Below are positions 24,845 to 38,093 of a stretch of DNA of 64,000 nt, piece by piece. The notes below the pieces were generated by a model, which was not told the origin of the DNA, did not search any database, and was given only the letters and a program-made list of their open reading frames with translations. Each line of letters begins with the position of its first letter. The first letter of the stretch is position 1. This stretch comes from Squalus acanthias (lineage: Eukaryota): positions 105,960,001 through 106,024,000 of the forward strand of contig CM059432.1 in the NCBI GenBank assembly GCA_030390025.1, read 5' to 3'. The translations under genes and the position numbers were made by a program.

Positions 24845-25605
24845 ATAGAGCACAAAAGCAAGGAAGTTAGGCTGAACCTTTATAAAACACTGGTTACGCC
24901 TCAGCTGGAGTATTGTGTCCAATCCTGGGAAGGATGTCAAGGCCTTAGAGAGTGTGCAGAAGAGATTTACTAGAATGGCGCCAGGGATGAGGGACTTCAG
25001 TTATGTGGAGAGACTGGAGACGCTGGGGTTATTCTCCTTAGATCAGAGAAGGTTAAGAGGAGATTTGATAGCGGTGTTCAAAATCTTGAAGGGTTTTGAT
25101 AGAGTAAATATGAGGAGCTGTTTCCAGTGGCAGAAGGGTCGGGTAACCAGATGAAATAGATTTAAGGTGATAGGCAAAAGAACTAGAGGTGACATGAGGA
25201 AAACATTTTTTAGGCAGAGAGTTATGATCTGGAATGCATTGCCTGAAAGGGTGGTGGAAGCAGATTCAATAATAACTTTCAAAAGGGAATTGGATAAATA
25301 CTTGAAGGGAAAAATTTACAGGGCTATGGAGAAAGAGCAGGGGAGCACGACTAATTGGATAGCTCTGCCAAAGAGCTGGCACAGGCACTATGGGCCGAAT
25401 GGCCTCCTTCTGTGCTGTATCATTCTATAGTTTTATGATTCAATAACTTCAGAGTAGTGATAATGGGGGACTTCAATTATCCTAATATAGACTGGGAAAA
25501 TAACAGTGTAAAGGACAAAGAGGAGAAGGAATTCCTGAAATACGCATAAGAGAACTTTCTTGATCAGTGTGTTTCCAGCCCAATGAGGAAGAAAGCAGTG
25601 CAGGA

Positions 25606-25770
25606 CAATGTTCCCTTTAAGCTGCGTGGCCGCGCAGTGGTCTGCAGCTCCGGCGCAGCCGGCTCACCGGCTCTTAAATGGGAAAAACCGCGCATGCACG
25701 GTATTTTGAATGGGCCACGTAGCCCCTTAAAGGGGCCACGCACCCCCCAAAAAAATTAAAGGGAACAATA
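25606..25770. mobile_element. hAT-type MITE
   Basis: TIR CAATGTTCCCTTTAA; 8-bp TSD GTGCAGGA/GTGCTAGA; host frame EAVLDIV restored. Confidence 0.78.
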
Positions 25771-25890
25771 GTGCTAGATATAGTTCTGGGAAATGAAGTG
25801 GGGCGAGTGGAACATGTTTCAGTGGGAGAGCATTTGGGAAACAGTGATCACAATATCATTCCTTTTAGAGTAGTTATGGAAAAAGACTAG

Positions 25891-26448
25891 GCGAGAGAAA
25901 TTTGGTTATGCCCCGTTTGAGGGCAGTAACCAAATTACTGTTAGTTTCAGCTTACCGCCCTGGTGAGGAAGCGGATCGCTATCTCAGGCGCTCCACTTCC
26001 TCTCGGGGCGTTGTTGGGATGCAAAGTGCGGTAGCGCTACGTGGCCATGCCGCATAGCGCTGACGCGTTTCAGCGCCCCTCCCCTTCCATTAAAGGAGAC
26101 GCGGTGCCAGGCTACATGATGGCGGCCATGGACCATGCCAAGGGCCGCCACAGCGGGCCGACCTGGAGGTCAGCCAAATAAAATTAAATGGCGGCACGGG
26201 TCACAGCCGCAACTCCCTTTAATTAGATCCCCGCGAGCTGAGGTCGCGAGGCTGGCACTGACACCGCCTGCGGCAGCCTCATGGGGCGCAGACAAATTTC
26301 TGCAGCGGGGCAGTAAGGGGTCGCAGCGGGGTGCTAAGGGGTCGCAGTGCACAGTGATGACGTCATCGCCGGTGGCGCTGCAGTCCGGGGCGCTACCAGT
26401 GGGGGGGTGGTGCTAACGGCAGGCGCAAAGGAGCCAAATTTCACGGCC
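25891..26448. mobile_element. Harbinger-type MITE
   Basis: Termini ..GAAATTTGG / CCAAATTTCACGGCC; TSD TAG. Confidence 0.72.
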
Positions 26449-27131
26449 TAGGAAAAATCAAATGTGAAAATATTCAACTGGAAAAGGGCTAATTTCAGTG
26501 AGTTGAAAAGGGATCTGGCCAAGGTGGATTGGAATCAAAGCTTGGTAGTTAAAACAATAAATGAGCAATGAGAGGCCTTCAAAGGTAGTCTGGGTACAGA
26601 CAAGGTACATTCCCACCAGGGGGAAAGGAAGGGCACCCAAAGCTAGCGCTCTCTGGATGACTAAAGATATAGAGATTAAAATGAAACAGAAAAAGGAAGC
26701 TTATGATAAATGTCGGGTTCATAATTCAGTAGAGAACCAAGCTGAATACAAAAAGTACAGGGGAGAACTGAAAAAGGAAATAAGAGGCACAAAGAGAGTG
26801 TATGAGAATAGATTAGCAGGTAACATAAATGGGAACTCAAATGTCCTTTATAAACATATAAATAGTAAAAGGGTAGTCAAAGGAAGGGTGAGGTCGATTA
26901 GAGACCAAAAAGGAAATCTTTTTATGGAGGCAGACGGCATGGCTGAGGTACTAAATAAGTACTTTACATCTGTCTTCACTAAAGAGGATGCTGCCAATAT
27001 CACAGTAAAGGAGGAAATAGTAGAGAAATTGAATAGCATAAAAATAGATAAAGAGAAGTACTTAAAAGGTTAGCAGAGCTCAAAGTGGAAAAGTCACCCG
27101 ATCTGGATGGGTTGCATCCTAGGTTGCTGAG

Positions 27132-27294
27132 GGACATACACTTGTGGTTCATGAGAAGGAAGATGACTTGGGCAAAGGTGACAATGAGGAGAGCACTCGA
27201 ACAGGAAATGCTGGAGGACGTTTGGCCTGTGGTGTGATTGGAATTGCTAAAGAATGAAATGAATATATCTGTGGGATAGAGAATTGACATTGAC
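27132..27294 (+). pseudogene. SOD1: Processed SOD1 (Cu/Zn superoxide dismutase) mRNA fragment: last 41 codons, stop and ~37 nt of 3'UTR
   Basis: Translates [41 protein letters not shown], matching the SOD1 C-terminus. Confidence 0.92.
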
Positions 27295-29826
27295 AAGGGT
27301 GGAAATTGCAGAGGCTCTGGCCACAATCTTCCAATCCTCCTTAGATATGTGAGTGGTGCCAGAGGACTGGAGGATTGTAAATGTTACACCCCTGTTCAAA
27401 AAAGGAAAGAGAGATGAGTCAGCCTAACGTCTGTGGTAGGAAACTTTTAGAGACATTAATCTGGGACAAAATTAATTGCCACTTGGAAAAAAATGGGTTA
27501 ATAAATGTTAAAGGCAAATTGTGTTTGACTAAATTGATTGAGTTCTTTGATGAAGTAGCGGAGAGGGTAGATGAGGGTAATGTGGTTGATGTTGTGTATA
27601 TGGACTTTCAAAAGGTGTTTGATAAAGTGCCACATAATAGACTTGTTAGCAAAATTGAAGGGACAGTGGTAGCATGGATACAAAATTGGCTAAGGAGCAG
27701 AGAGTAGTGGTGAACGGTTGTTTTTCAGACTGGAGGGAAGTATACAATTGTGACCCCCAGGGGTCAGTGTTGGAACCTCTGTTCTTTTTGATATATATTA
27801 ATGACCTGAGCTTGAGTATACAGGGCATAATTTCAAAGTTTACAGATGACACGAAACTCAGAAATGTAGTAAACAGTGAGGAGGATAGCAACAGACTTCA
27901 CGAGGACATAGACAGACTGGTGACATGGGAAGACACATGGCAGATGAAATTTAACGCAGAGAAGTGTGAAGTGATTCATTTTGGTATGAAGAATGAGGAG
28001 AGGCAATATGAACTAAATGGTACAATTTTAAAGGAGGTGCAGCAGGGCATCAGCGTCTGCCGTTAGTTAGACTTGCCCTTGAACGTTTAGGTTTTCAATT
28101 TTTTGCGTGTCAAGTTGCTGAAAGTTCGAGCTGATAATGTCGCAGTGAGGGAAACTGGGCATCTGGGTCCTGAGTGAACAGGACAAGCAACTGTGTATCT
28201 CCTTAACCAATCAGATTGAAGGATTGTGAAATAAACAGCACAAGGACTGAGAAGGAAGTGTAAATTAGAGTGGGTGAATTCAATGAAAAATCAGGGACAG
28301 AAAGAGAAAGAGAGGTAAAGAAAGATTGGACTAAGAGAGAGGGGGAAAAGAGACAGAAAGGAAAAGTAAAAAAAAAATTAAAAATGTAACATTTTTTAAA
28401 TCGCCAACAACAATTAAAACCTGAAGGAATGAGACTCCACACTTGTAATAGATAATTTTCAGTGCCAGAGAGATTGACTGGCAGGAATTAACACTTATCA
28501 CATCATTAAAAGAGTACTTTGACTAGAAATGACTTGACTTTACTTTCTGTGGTGAGTTTAATTCGTATCTACCGTGCAAATACAGCAACTTCACACATTC
28601 AATGCATTTTAGTGGTGAGCCAGACAGCAAGATGCCGTTTTCGCAAAGGTAACAGCAGAGCGACGCAACTCAGACAGCAACTTTTGGAATTTTGAGTTTA
28701 ACCGCGCATCTGCCCCTCGCCTGAAGTTGCTGTATCATTTGTACATAAATAACGGCGAGCGCCATTACCCTCACTGTTGTTTTGACAGCAGAATCTGGCC
28801 CAATAGATGCAGAAGGAATTAATAGACCCATTAGGTGATTGTATTTCATTCTGATGCTTTTCCACATTAGTAGAGTTGATAATTTACTGATACAAAATAG
28901 AATGGGAAAATATTCTTTAGTGACCTTTTTGGTAGAAACTCTATATAGTTCTAAGGATGAATCACTGAAGAAAATGAACATAATCCGGATTATAGTTTCC
29001 ACAAGATTCTGATCTTGTTGTGCAAGTTTCAACAAAACAGACATACATTAGCAAGAGATGACCACATAACATAGCGGATTTGAAATTCCTGGAAAAATAA
29101 GGGCTAAAGAAGGGGATTTTCAAGGAATTATATTATAATTTGTTTTAGGATAAAAGAGGAAAAATGCCAGACCTCTCTTTGCTAATCAACATAATTAACT
29201 TGTTTGGACTTGTAGATGGGCTTCCCCTCCTTCTTTACGGTGCTCTGTTCTATAAAGGGGATGATTTAATATAATTATGCAAATTCATTTGAAAGGTTCC
29301 ATCTGAAACCTTGCCTCTCTTTGTATTTCAAATAATGACGAAGCTGCTGTACATTTCCAGCATTTTTTGCTTATTTCCGATTTCTAGCATTCCCTGTTGT
29401 TCTTTTTCATCTCTCTTTGCAGCTCTCCACTTACTTTAACATTAACTCATTTTCATCTTGCTCTTTCAGTTTTTTTACAAACTTTAATACAGTGCCATTC
29501 CCAAGCGCATTCAAGTTCCTCCGAGGTATTCTGCGAGCCAATATTTTTTTTTACTGCAGCTGGAGTTGATTGTTGTGGCATTAAATCAGTCTATAATTGG
29601 ATTGTCCTCGTTTAGCAAAACCCTGATCAATTACACCGAACCCAGTACTAAGTATGCAGAGGTACGTGGCCAATACTGGGTGAAGGAATGAATTTCAGTT
29701 TTCAATCGGCACCCAGAAATAAAGAAAACACCAATCCCCCATTGTGCTAATGCAGGTCCTCACAGGCAGAACCTGTGGCTGACATCAGTTGAGCATGAAT
29801 TAGCAGCTTTACCTACCCAGAAATAT

Positions 29827-31370
29827 GGGGTTAATTTTAACTCACAACAGGTTTCAGACGGACGGGAGGGCGGGGTGAATGCGAAATGCACTCGCTGACC
29901 TAAATTTCAGGCCTCGGCTATTTTAACTCCCAGGCCTCACTTAAATTTGCCGGGTTTCCTCTGTGATCAGGTCGGGAACGGGAAGCCCACACACTTTCCC
30001 GATGGTATTTCCCCATTCTATTTTTTATCAGTAAATTATCAACTATATTAAAGGGAGGTTGCATTCCCTTCTAGCTGATTTCACTGTTTCATTGCTACAA
30101 AAGGAAATTGGCCAGAAATTAGAGTGAAGTGTAATTATTGTGATACACAAGATATCACAATTGTGTGGGACAGGCTGGATGGACCAGAGGGTCGTTTCCT
30201 GTCTGTCATTGTTCGTAAGAGACTCAGAGGCAAGCACCCCAGATTTCCTGAACCCTCCCAGGAAGTCATGATTGAAGGGGCAAGGATGAGGAGAATTCAA
30301 TGACTGCAGAGAAAGGTGGCTGAGATTGTCAGCTTCAGGAGTATCCACCCGAGGAGTTGGATCAAGTGCATGAAACACTTCAGTGGCTACACAGGAGTAG
30401 CATGAGTGAGTATAGTTCTTCATTTCTCCATCCCTGGCACCTGGTCCTTCCCACCCCCCTCCAGTATTTTGAACAATTCCCTCCCCTGCATCACATCCTT
30501 CACCACCCATCACAAGGGCACACTAAGCCACCTTTAATTCTCATTCCACACACACACTCGCCTCTTCTTTGCTCCCTTCACAGAAACCAATAACAGCATT
30601 CTGTTCTCACATGGCAACCTTTGCAGAATCAGGAACATGTCCCATGACTGCTTCCTCACTTCACACTCCAGCCACTTGCTTTCCATTAACACCTCCCCAT
30701 CCTGCTTGCATCTTGCTACCCCTCTCTCTTAGCATGTTCACTGACTAGAAGCCCCACATATGTGCACTCTCCTTTTCAGCAGACACTCACTAACTCTCAC
30801 CCTCTCCTTCTGCAGGTTAAAACAGCAAACAACACAAGGAAGGGGAGTGAGACCAGGGGAGAACCACCCAACCTGATGACCCTGTCAGAGCTGGAGCAGC
30901 AAGCTCTGGAGATCAGTGGTCCCTCCAGAGCTGCCCAAAATAGAGATTTAGAGGCTGGGGCTTATCTGAACAGGGTCTCTGACTACTACTTCATGTACCT
31001 CAGAAAAACACACATTCAGCCAACTTGACAACATCAAGGTGCATCGTGAAGCTTGTCATCTGCTACTGTCCAGCTTGTCAGTACCGTGCTAACTCTTGTC
31101 CCTATTCTCTTTCCTACAGGTCCTTCTCAGCAGCAAGAGCCTCCTGAAGGAGACCACTCAGAGGAGGACGATCCTTCTGAGAAGGCAACATCACATGCTC
31201 TATCCCACCCTAGCACCAGCACAGAGATTGGTACCTTGGGTGGGTTAGAGAATGAGTTACAGGAGTCTACACGTGGTGAAGCACCCAGCACAAATGTGCA
31301 GGAGCAGGTAGTGGTGACAGGAAGAGCCTTAACTTCAAAGGAAATGAAAACCAGGAGAGATGTGTAGCAG
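29827..31370 (+). mobile_element. Old Harbinger remnant with Myb-like exons
   Basis: RSWIKCMKHF..|GTGAGT; ctgcag|VKTANNTRKGSETRGE, homologous to the 3008 exon. Confidence 0.6.
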
Positions 31371-31389
31371 GCGGCCGAATCAATATCAA

Positions 31390-31755
31390 TAGATTAGGCT
31401 TGTATTCCCTTGAGTATAGAAGATTAAGGGGTGATCTCATTGAGGTGTTTAAGATGATTAAAGGATTTGATAGAGTAGCTAAAGAAAAACTATTTCCTCT
31501 GGTGGGGGAGTCCAAAACAAGGAGCCATAACCTTAACATTAAAGCTAGGCAGTTCAGGGGTGATGTCAGAAAGCACTTCTTCACACAAAGGGTAGCGGAA
31601 ATGTAGAATTCTCTCCCCCAAAGTGCTGTTGAGGCTACGTCAATTGAAAATTTCAAAACTGAAATTGATAGATTTTTGTTAGGCAAGGGTGTTCAGGGTT
31701 ATGGAACCAAGGCAGGAAAGTGGAGTTAAGATGCAGATCACCCATGATCTAATTG
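31390..31755 (+). mobile_element. CR1 3' fragment
   Basis: [12 protein letters not shown]...HFFTQRV. Confidence 0.85.
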
Positions 31756-33821
31756 AAAAAACTCAGCCTCTAACTTTACCTTTCCGTCAGTACCATTGAA
31801 TCCAAAGCTGTTGTCTGACATGAAGTTTTCGATGAGTTGAAGTTTCCTTCAGTTCAACAGCAGCAAACTAGCTCAGTTCTCACGAGCTCCTACATGTCTC
31901 TAGTTCTAGCTCCATCGATCTCTCTGGCTGCCCCTCAGGTTGCAGTGCTTGAGGACATTGGCGTTAGGCACCCTATCCTGCCACTTGATGCCAGTGATAC
32001 ATCGTAGATAAGGCAAGTGGAAATGGTCAAGTCGCAAGATATGACGGCAGTAGCAGATCCATACACATAACAGAACCACTCTCAAAGTACTGTTCATGTT
32101 TGTATTATGTGGCTTGGTTTCTCTCTCAAGCCTGTAGCCTTGAAGATAACTAAACAAATCTTCACAGCATTTGTATCAAGTTAGGCTGGAGACTTCTGAA
32201 TGCAGCTTTTTTTTAAACTCCTTTACTAATATGACTGAATTAAATGGACTGCTACCAAACAAAAATGATACAAAAATGTTACAATGCTCATTCTTGTTTT
32301 GAAATCCACCATGGTCTCACCCCACCTTATCTGAGTGCCTTCTGTAACTATATGCCTCAGCCCATACCCTCTGATCCTCTGTCTCGGGTTTACTTCTTGT
32401 CCCCTGCACCCTCTGCTCCATCACAGGCCAAGCTGTCTGTAAATTTTGCTCCAAACCATTTTGTCTTGCTACCTTGCTCCCTTCCTTTAAAAGCTTTTTA
32501 AAATCTTCCTTTTTATCCAGTTTGCCCACCCCCTTAACCATTCTTAAGTTCTGTTCGGCATTCTCATCTCCCCTCCTGTAAAGTGCCCTGAGCCATTTTG
32601 TTGTCTTTGCTATAAATACGGACTATTTGGGGGGGAAAGCCACAACTCCTATCTGTCGTTTTCATCATGATCACAAGGAATTATAGATGTGAATGGTGGA
32701 GCAGGCTCGAGGGGCCAAATGGCCTATTCCTGCTCCTATTTCTTATGTATGTGAAAGCCATTCAGTCTATCTTGATACAGTCATCCAGACAGATCCTAAT
32801 GTCAACCCATTGTAGCATCCAATTGTTTCTTAGGTAATTCCGGGGTTTTACCTTCATTACTCTATCTGAAGTTTATTCCATATGTTGATAACCTTTTGTG
32901 TGAAGAAGAACTTCCTGATATCTGTCACAAAAGTACCCTTCTGTAGTTTTAACCTGTTCCCTTGTTCTATTCCCACAGTTTAATTTAAGGTAATATTCTG
33001 GGCTCACTTTTTCTATACCCTTAACAATCTTGTATCTATAACATCACTTCTCAGTTGCCTCATTTCCAGGCTGAAAAGCCCAAGTTTTTCCAATATCTCC
33101 TCATAACTCAGACCCCTGACACAGGTGATCAGCTTTGTGGTTCATTTCTTCATGGCCTTCAACAACTGAATGTCTCTCTTGTTTCTTGGTGACCAGAACT
33201 GGATTCAGTCTTCATGCTGCAGTCTGACTAGACCACTATAAAGTTTGATCATGACCTCCTCTGACTTGTATTCTACTGTTTTGGCTGTAGTTCAACATCC
33301 TAATGGCTTTGTTAATTGTTGCTCTGCATTTGCTGGGCATGTTTAGTGTTGAATCTACTAAAATTTCAAGATCTCTGTCAACTTTATCCATAGCTATTTC
33401 AACACCACTAATGCAGCACATGTATTTTCTTTTGTTCTTCCTTTGTGTACATTTGTCTGCATTAAATTTCATCTGCAATTGTCCTGTCCATTTACATATC
33501 TTCTCAAACTCATTCTGTAATTTCTGAGCTGCCTCTTTCCATTCCACTGCCCCTCCTAGTTTGGTATAATTTGTAAACGTAAACACTTTTCATTCAGTTT
33601 CTGAATCCAGATTATATAAATTAGAAACAGTAGTGGTCCCAGCACTGAACCAAGCCACCCCACTCTGACAAAAGCCCTCTAATGAGTACTCATTATTTCC
33701 AACCCTTCAACCAGTTTCTTATCCATTCCCAGGGCTTACTCTGAATGCCCACAACTTTGAGTTTAATTCCTCAAAAGAAGTTGAGGAGACTGGTCAGGCA
33801 GGATCTTCCCCATCTTTATCT

Positions 33822-35063
33822 CTTCTTCATCTTAGGCAGTCCCTCGGAACCGAGGATGACTTGCTTCCACATTAAAAATGAGTTCTCAGGTGACTGATGA
33901 GTCCAATGCGGGACCTACAGTCTCTGTCACAGGTGGGGCAGACGGTGGTTGAAGGGGCAGGTGGGTGGGGTGCTTGGGTTGACGTGCGCTGCTTGCGCCT
34001 GGCTTCCGCTTGCTCCCGGCGAAGAGACTCGAGGTGTTCGGCGCCTTCCCGGATGCTTCTCCTCCACTTTGTGCGGTCTTGGGCCAGGGATTCCCAGGTG
34101 TCGGTGGGGATGTTACACTTTTTCAAGGAGGCTTTGAGGGTGTCCTTGAAGCGTTTCCTCTGCCCACCTGGGGCTCTCTTGCCGTGCCGGAGCTCCGAGT
34201 AGAGCGCTTGTTTTGGGAGTCTCGTATTGGGCATGCAGACAATGTGACCCATCCATCGGAGCTGATCAAGCGTGGTCAAAGCTTCGATGCTGGGGATGTT
34301 GGCCTGAGCAAGAACACTGACGTTGGTGCGTCTATCCTGCCAATGGATTTGCAGGATCTTGCGGAGGCAGCGTTGGTGGTACCTCTCCAGTGCTTTGAGG
34401 TGCCTGCTGTACATGGTCCATGTCTCTGAGGCATACAGCAGGGCGGGTATCACTGCTGCTCTGTAGACCATGAGCTTAGTGCCAGGTTTGAGGTCTTCAA
34501 ACACTCTCTTCCTCAGGCGACCGAAGGCTGCACTGACCGGAACGCCGTACTGCTATCGTTGCCCGGGAGCTCAGACATTTTGACATTGACATCACTGCCC
34601 TAAGCGAGACCCGGCAGGCAGGGGAAGGCCAGCTCAAGGAGCAAGGCGGTGGCTACACCTTCTTCTGGAAAGGCAAACCTGAAGAAGAATGCCGCCTCCA
34701 TGGGGTAGGCTTCGCCATAAAAAATGAACTAGTTGGGCGTCTCAGAGACTCCCCTAGCGGTATAAATGAGCGCCTCATGACTCTTCGGTTCACCCTAACC
34801 CAGAACCAGTGCGCTACGGTCATCAGTGCGTACGCCCCAACACTGGAAGCCACAGACGAGACCAAAGAGGAATTCTACTCCAGCCTCGAACAATCCCTGT
34901 CCCGAGTCCCAATGGGCGACAAGCTGATCCTCCTTGGAGACTTTAACGCCAGAGTTGGAAAGGACACTGACCTCTGGGGAGGTGTGATCGGCAGAGAGGG
35001 GGTAGGGAAAGCCAACTCCAACGGTACCCTCCTCCTGTCGAAATGCATAGAACATGGCCTTGT
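33822..35063 (-). mobile_element. RTE LINE with 5' inversion (3' part on -, 33822-34535; inverted endonuclease segment on +, 34536-35063), inside an old CR1 (~32770-35345, -)
   Basis: TSD CATCTTTATCT (33811-21, 35064-74); ISAYAPT and LGDFNARVG APE motifs. Confidence 0.9.
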
Positions 35064-35344
35064 CATCTTTATCTAGGCTGACTGTTGTTAACTAGTGTTA
35101 TTGTTGTACAGAGGATCCTCAAGTTTACTCCTGATAAATGATTCTGTTATTTCACATGGAATGATAGTAAAGCTACTGGGTGTGTAGTTAGTTGTGTATG
35201 TTTTGTCACCCTTTTACAATGTGGGCACCACAATAGTCTCTTTCCAAGTTTCTGGTACCTCCCTGGTGTACAATGACTCACTCCTAATGGTGGTCAGTGC
35301 TTCACAAATCTCCAGCCTAGTCCATTTTAGCACTCTAGGATAAA

Positions 35345-35735
35345 TACATAGGAACAAGGTAGGAACATAGGGTCATTCAGCCCCTCGAGCCTGTTCTGCC
35401 ATTCAATTAGATCATGGTTGATATGTATCTTAACACCATCTACTCATCTTGGTTCTATATCCCTTAATACCCTTACCTAACATTCTCAGTTTGGTAATTT
35501 TCGATTAACCTAGCATCAACAGCTTTTTTGGGAAGAGAGTTCCAGATTTCCACTACCCTTTGTGAGAAGAAGTGCTTCCTGACATCACCCCTGAATGGCA
35601 TAGCTCCAATTTTAAGGTTATGCCCTCTTGTTCTGGACTCCCTCACAAGAGGAAATAGTTTCACTCTATCTATCGTATCACATCCTTTAATCATTTTAAA
35701 CACCTCCATTAGATCACCCCTTAATCTTCTATACT
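35345..35735 (-). mobile_element. CR1 3' fragment
   Basis: ORF 35473-35709 and 3' stem-loop/tail. Confidence 0.8.
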
Positions 35736-36660
35736 CAATGACCTTCCCTCCATCATAAGGTCTGAAATGGGGATCTTCGCTGATGATTGCACAGTGTTCA
35801 GTTCCATTCGCAACAACTCAGATAATAAAGCCGTCCATGATTGCATGTAGTAAGACTTGGACAGCACCCAGGCTAGGGCTGATAAGTGGCAAGTAACATT
35901 TGTGCCAGGCAATGACTATCTCCAACAAGAGAGAGTCTAACCACCTGCCCTTCACATTCAATGATATTACCATCATCAAATCCCCAACCATCCTGGGGTC
36001 ACCATTGACCAGAAACTTAACTGGCCCAGCCACATAAATACTGTGGCTACAAGAGCAGGTCAGAGGCTGGGTATTCTGTGGCGAGTGACTCACCTCCTGA
36101 ATTCCCAAAGCCTTTCCTCCAACTACAAGGCACAAGTCAGGAGTGTGATGGAATGCTCTCCACGTGCCTGAATGAGTGCAACTCCGACAACACGCAAGAA
36201 GATCGACACCATCCAAGACAAAGCAGTCTGCTTGATCAGGACCCCATCCACCACCTTAAACATTCACTCCTTCCACCACCGGCGTACCGTGGCTGCAGTG
36301 TGTACCATCTACAAGATGCATCGCAGCAACTCGCCAAGGCTTCTTCGGCAGCACCTCCCAAACCCGCAACTTCTTCCACCTAGAAGGACAAGGGCAGCAG
36401 GCGCATGGGAACACCACCACCTCCAAGTTCCCATCCAAGTCACACACCATCCTGACTTAGAAGTATATCGATGATCCTTCATTGTCGCTGGGTCAAAATC
36501 CTGGAACTCCCTACCTAACAGCACTGTGCGAGTACATTCACCGCACGGACTGCAGCGGTTCAAGTAGGCAGCTCACCACCACCTTCTCAAGGGCAATTAG
36601 GGATGGGCAATAAATGCTGGCCTTGCCAGCGATGCCCACATCCCATAAACGCATTTAAAA
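35736..36660 (+). mobile_element. 3' fragment of the same LINE family as 18538-22520
   Basis: Colinear with 21570-22500. Confidence 0.88.
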
Positions 36661-37724
36661 ATCCTTTATTGAGTGAGTCTTGTAGTGAAATTGTTCCATT
36701 TCATGCTTTTAAAAAAGATTTATATACAAGGTACCAAAATAAAACAGAGTTTTACATTCAAGCACAAAGTAATGTATAAATGAAGGAATTTAAAAATATG
36801 AAATTTAAGAAACAGCAACACATAGACAGTGGGAATCACCCAAACTCAATGTAAGCCTAGTGACTGATCTTTTTTGAGAGACATTTACAACGTTGGCCAC
36901 TTGTATTAGCAGAAAAAAGTGTATCAATTTCAGAACATTTCATGTACAGTTTAGCCTTTTGAAATGTATCCTGCTCTTGTATTATGTACATGCTTGGCAC
37001 TGCCAGATTATCGTGTAGGATAATAATTGGCTTGAACAAGAATTTTCCAGAGTGAGAGTTCTAGTTACATCAGTGAAATTGATTAATTCCATTGGGTTTT
37101 TCCAAAAACAAACTGCCTAACTTGCAGCAGTCATCCATTCTTACTGTTTTTAAATATTTCCTTTCATAATATTTCCTTTTAACTCTCAATACTTGTTATG
37201 TTACTGTTTTGCTTGAAAAGAATTTTAATTCCCTACCACTTTAGTACTTTTTGTTCTAGTTTCTATGATTCCTAGAATTTTACAATTTAGTCCTGCATAC
37301 TTTAAAATTTAAGTTTTAAAAAAGATTTTATTTTAATAGTGAATGTAAAATTATATCTTATTCGTGGTATAATCTATAATGCAACTAGAGATCAAAATTA
37401 GAAAATAAATGTTACACAAATTTTGGAAACCTTTTACAACCATTTTGTAGAATTTTATGGCCATTTTAAGCCACTCTGCATGGAAGAAGTTAAAAGCTGA
37501 CAGAATGTATTTGTTTTAGTAACCATGAGCTGTTTGAGCCTCTCAAAGGAATTACCCTGGTGTTGAGAGGAAAGGAAAAGCTAAAATACACGCCAATTAG
37601 TAATTATCTTTGAAGAGAACAGAAGTGAAAATAAATGGCAGACATAAAGGCCCTAAAATTCCAGGTCCAGATCAAGGCCAGTTCTGTTGGGATTATGCCC
37701 CTTTTTTGCTCACAGCCATTTTCT

Positions 37725-37832
37725 GGTGGTGTTGGTGGTGGAGGTTGTGTTGGTGGCAGAGGTGACGGTGGGGGTGGTGTTGGCAGTGGTGGAGGTAGCG
37801 GTGGTGGTGGCGGTGGTGGTAGGAGGGGGGAG
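37725..37832. repeat. Degenerate (GGT)n microsatellite
   Basis: Direct inspection. Confidence 0.8.
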
Positions 37833-38093
37833 GTGGAAATGGGCAGATCTTCTGCCTGCTCCCTTTATGATCAATGATCATTATGCAGAACACTACCAAG
37901 GTTCTTGGGAGAGGAGAGAAGAAGGTAAACCAAAGTAGTGATTAGGGAATGCAAGCTTGGGTTTGAAAAGCCTATAGAAATTAGAAGGCAAGGAGAACTA
38001 AGGCTACAGTTTCCCTATCAATGCTGCACCATGCAAAGTGGTCAACACTAAAGTGGCAGTTTCATTCAGTGGCACTGAAGGCATCTTGCACTG

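Larger units (their letters stand above)
22596..25440 (+). mobile_element. CR1 3' fragment split by Penelope and Harbinger-MITE insertions
   Basis: Host frame GFINR|GI|EHKS rejoins when both inserts are removed. Confidence 0.85.
25450..28045 (+). mobile_element. Degraded CR1 ORF2 hosting three inserts
   Basis: [37 protein letters not shown] motifs. Confidence 0.85.

Noticed and set aside
37635..37938. Gly-, Val- or His-rich ORFs
   Set aside because: Translations of a (GGT)n microsatellite
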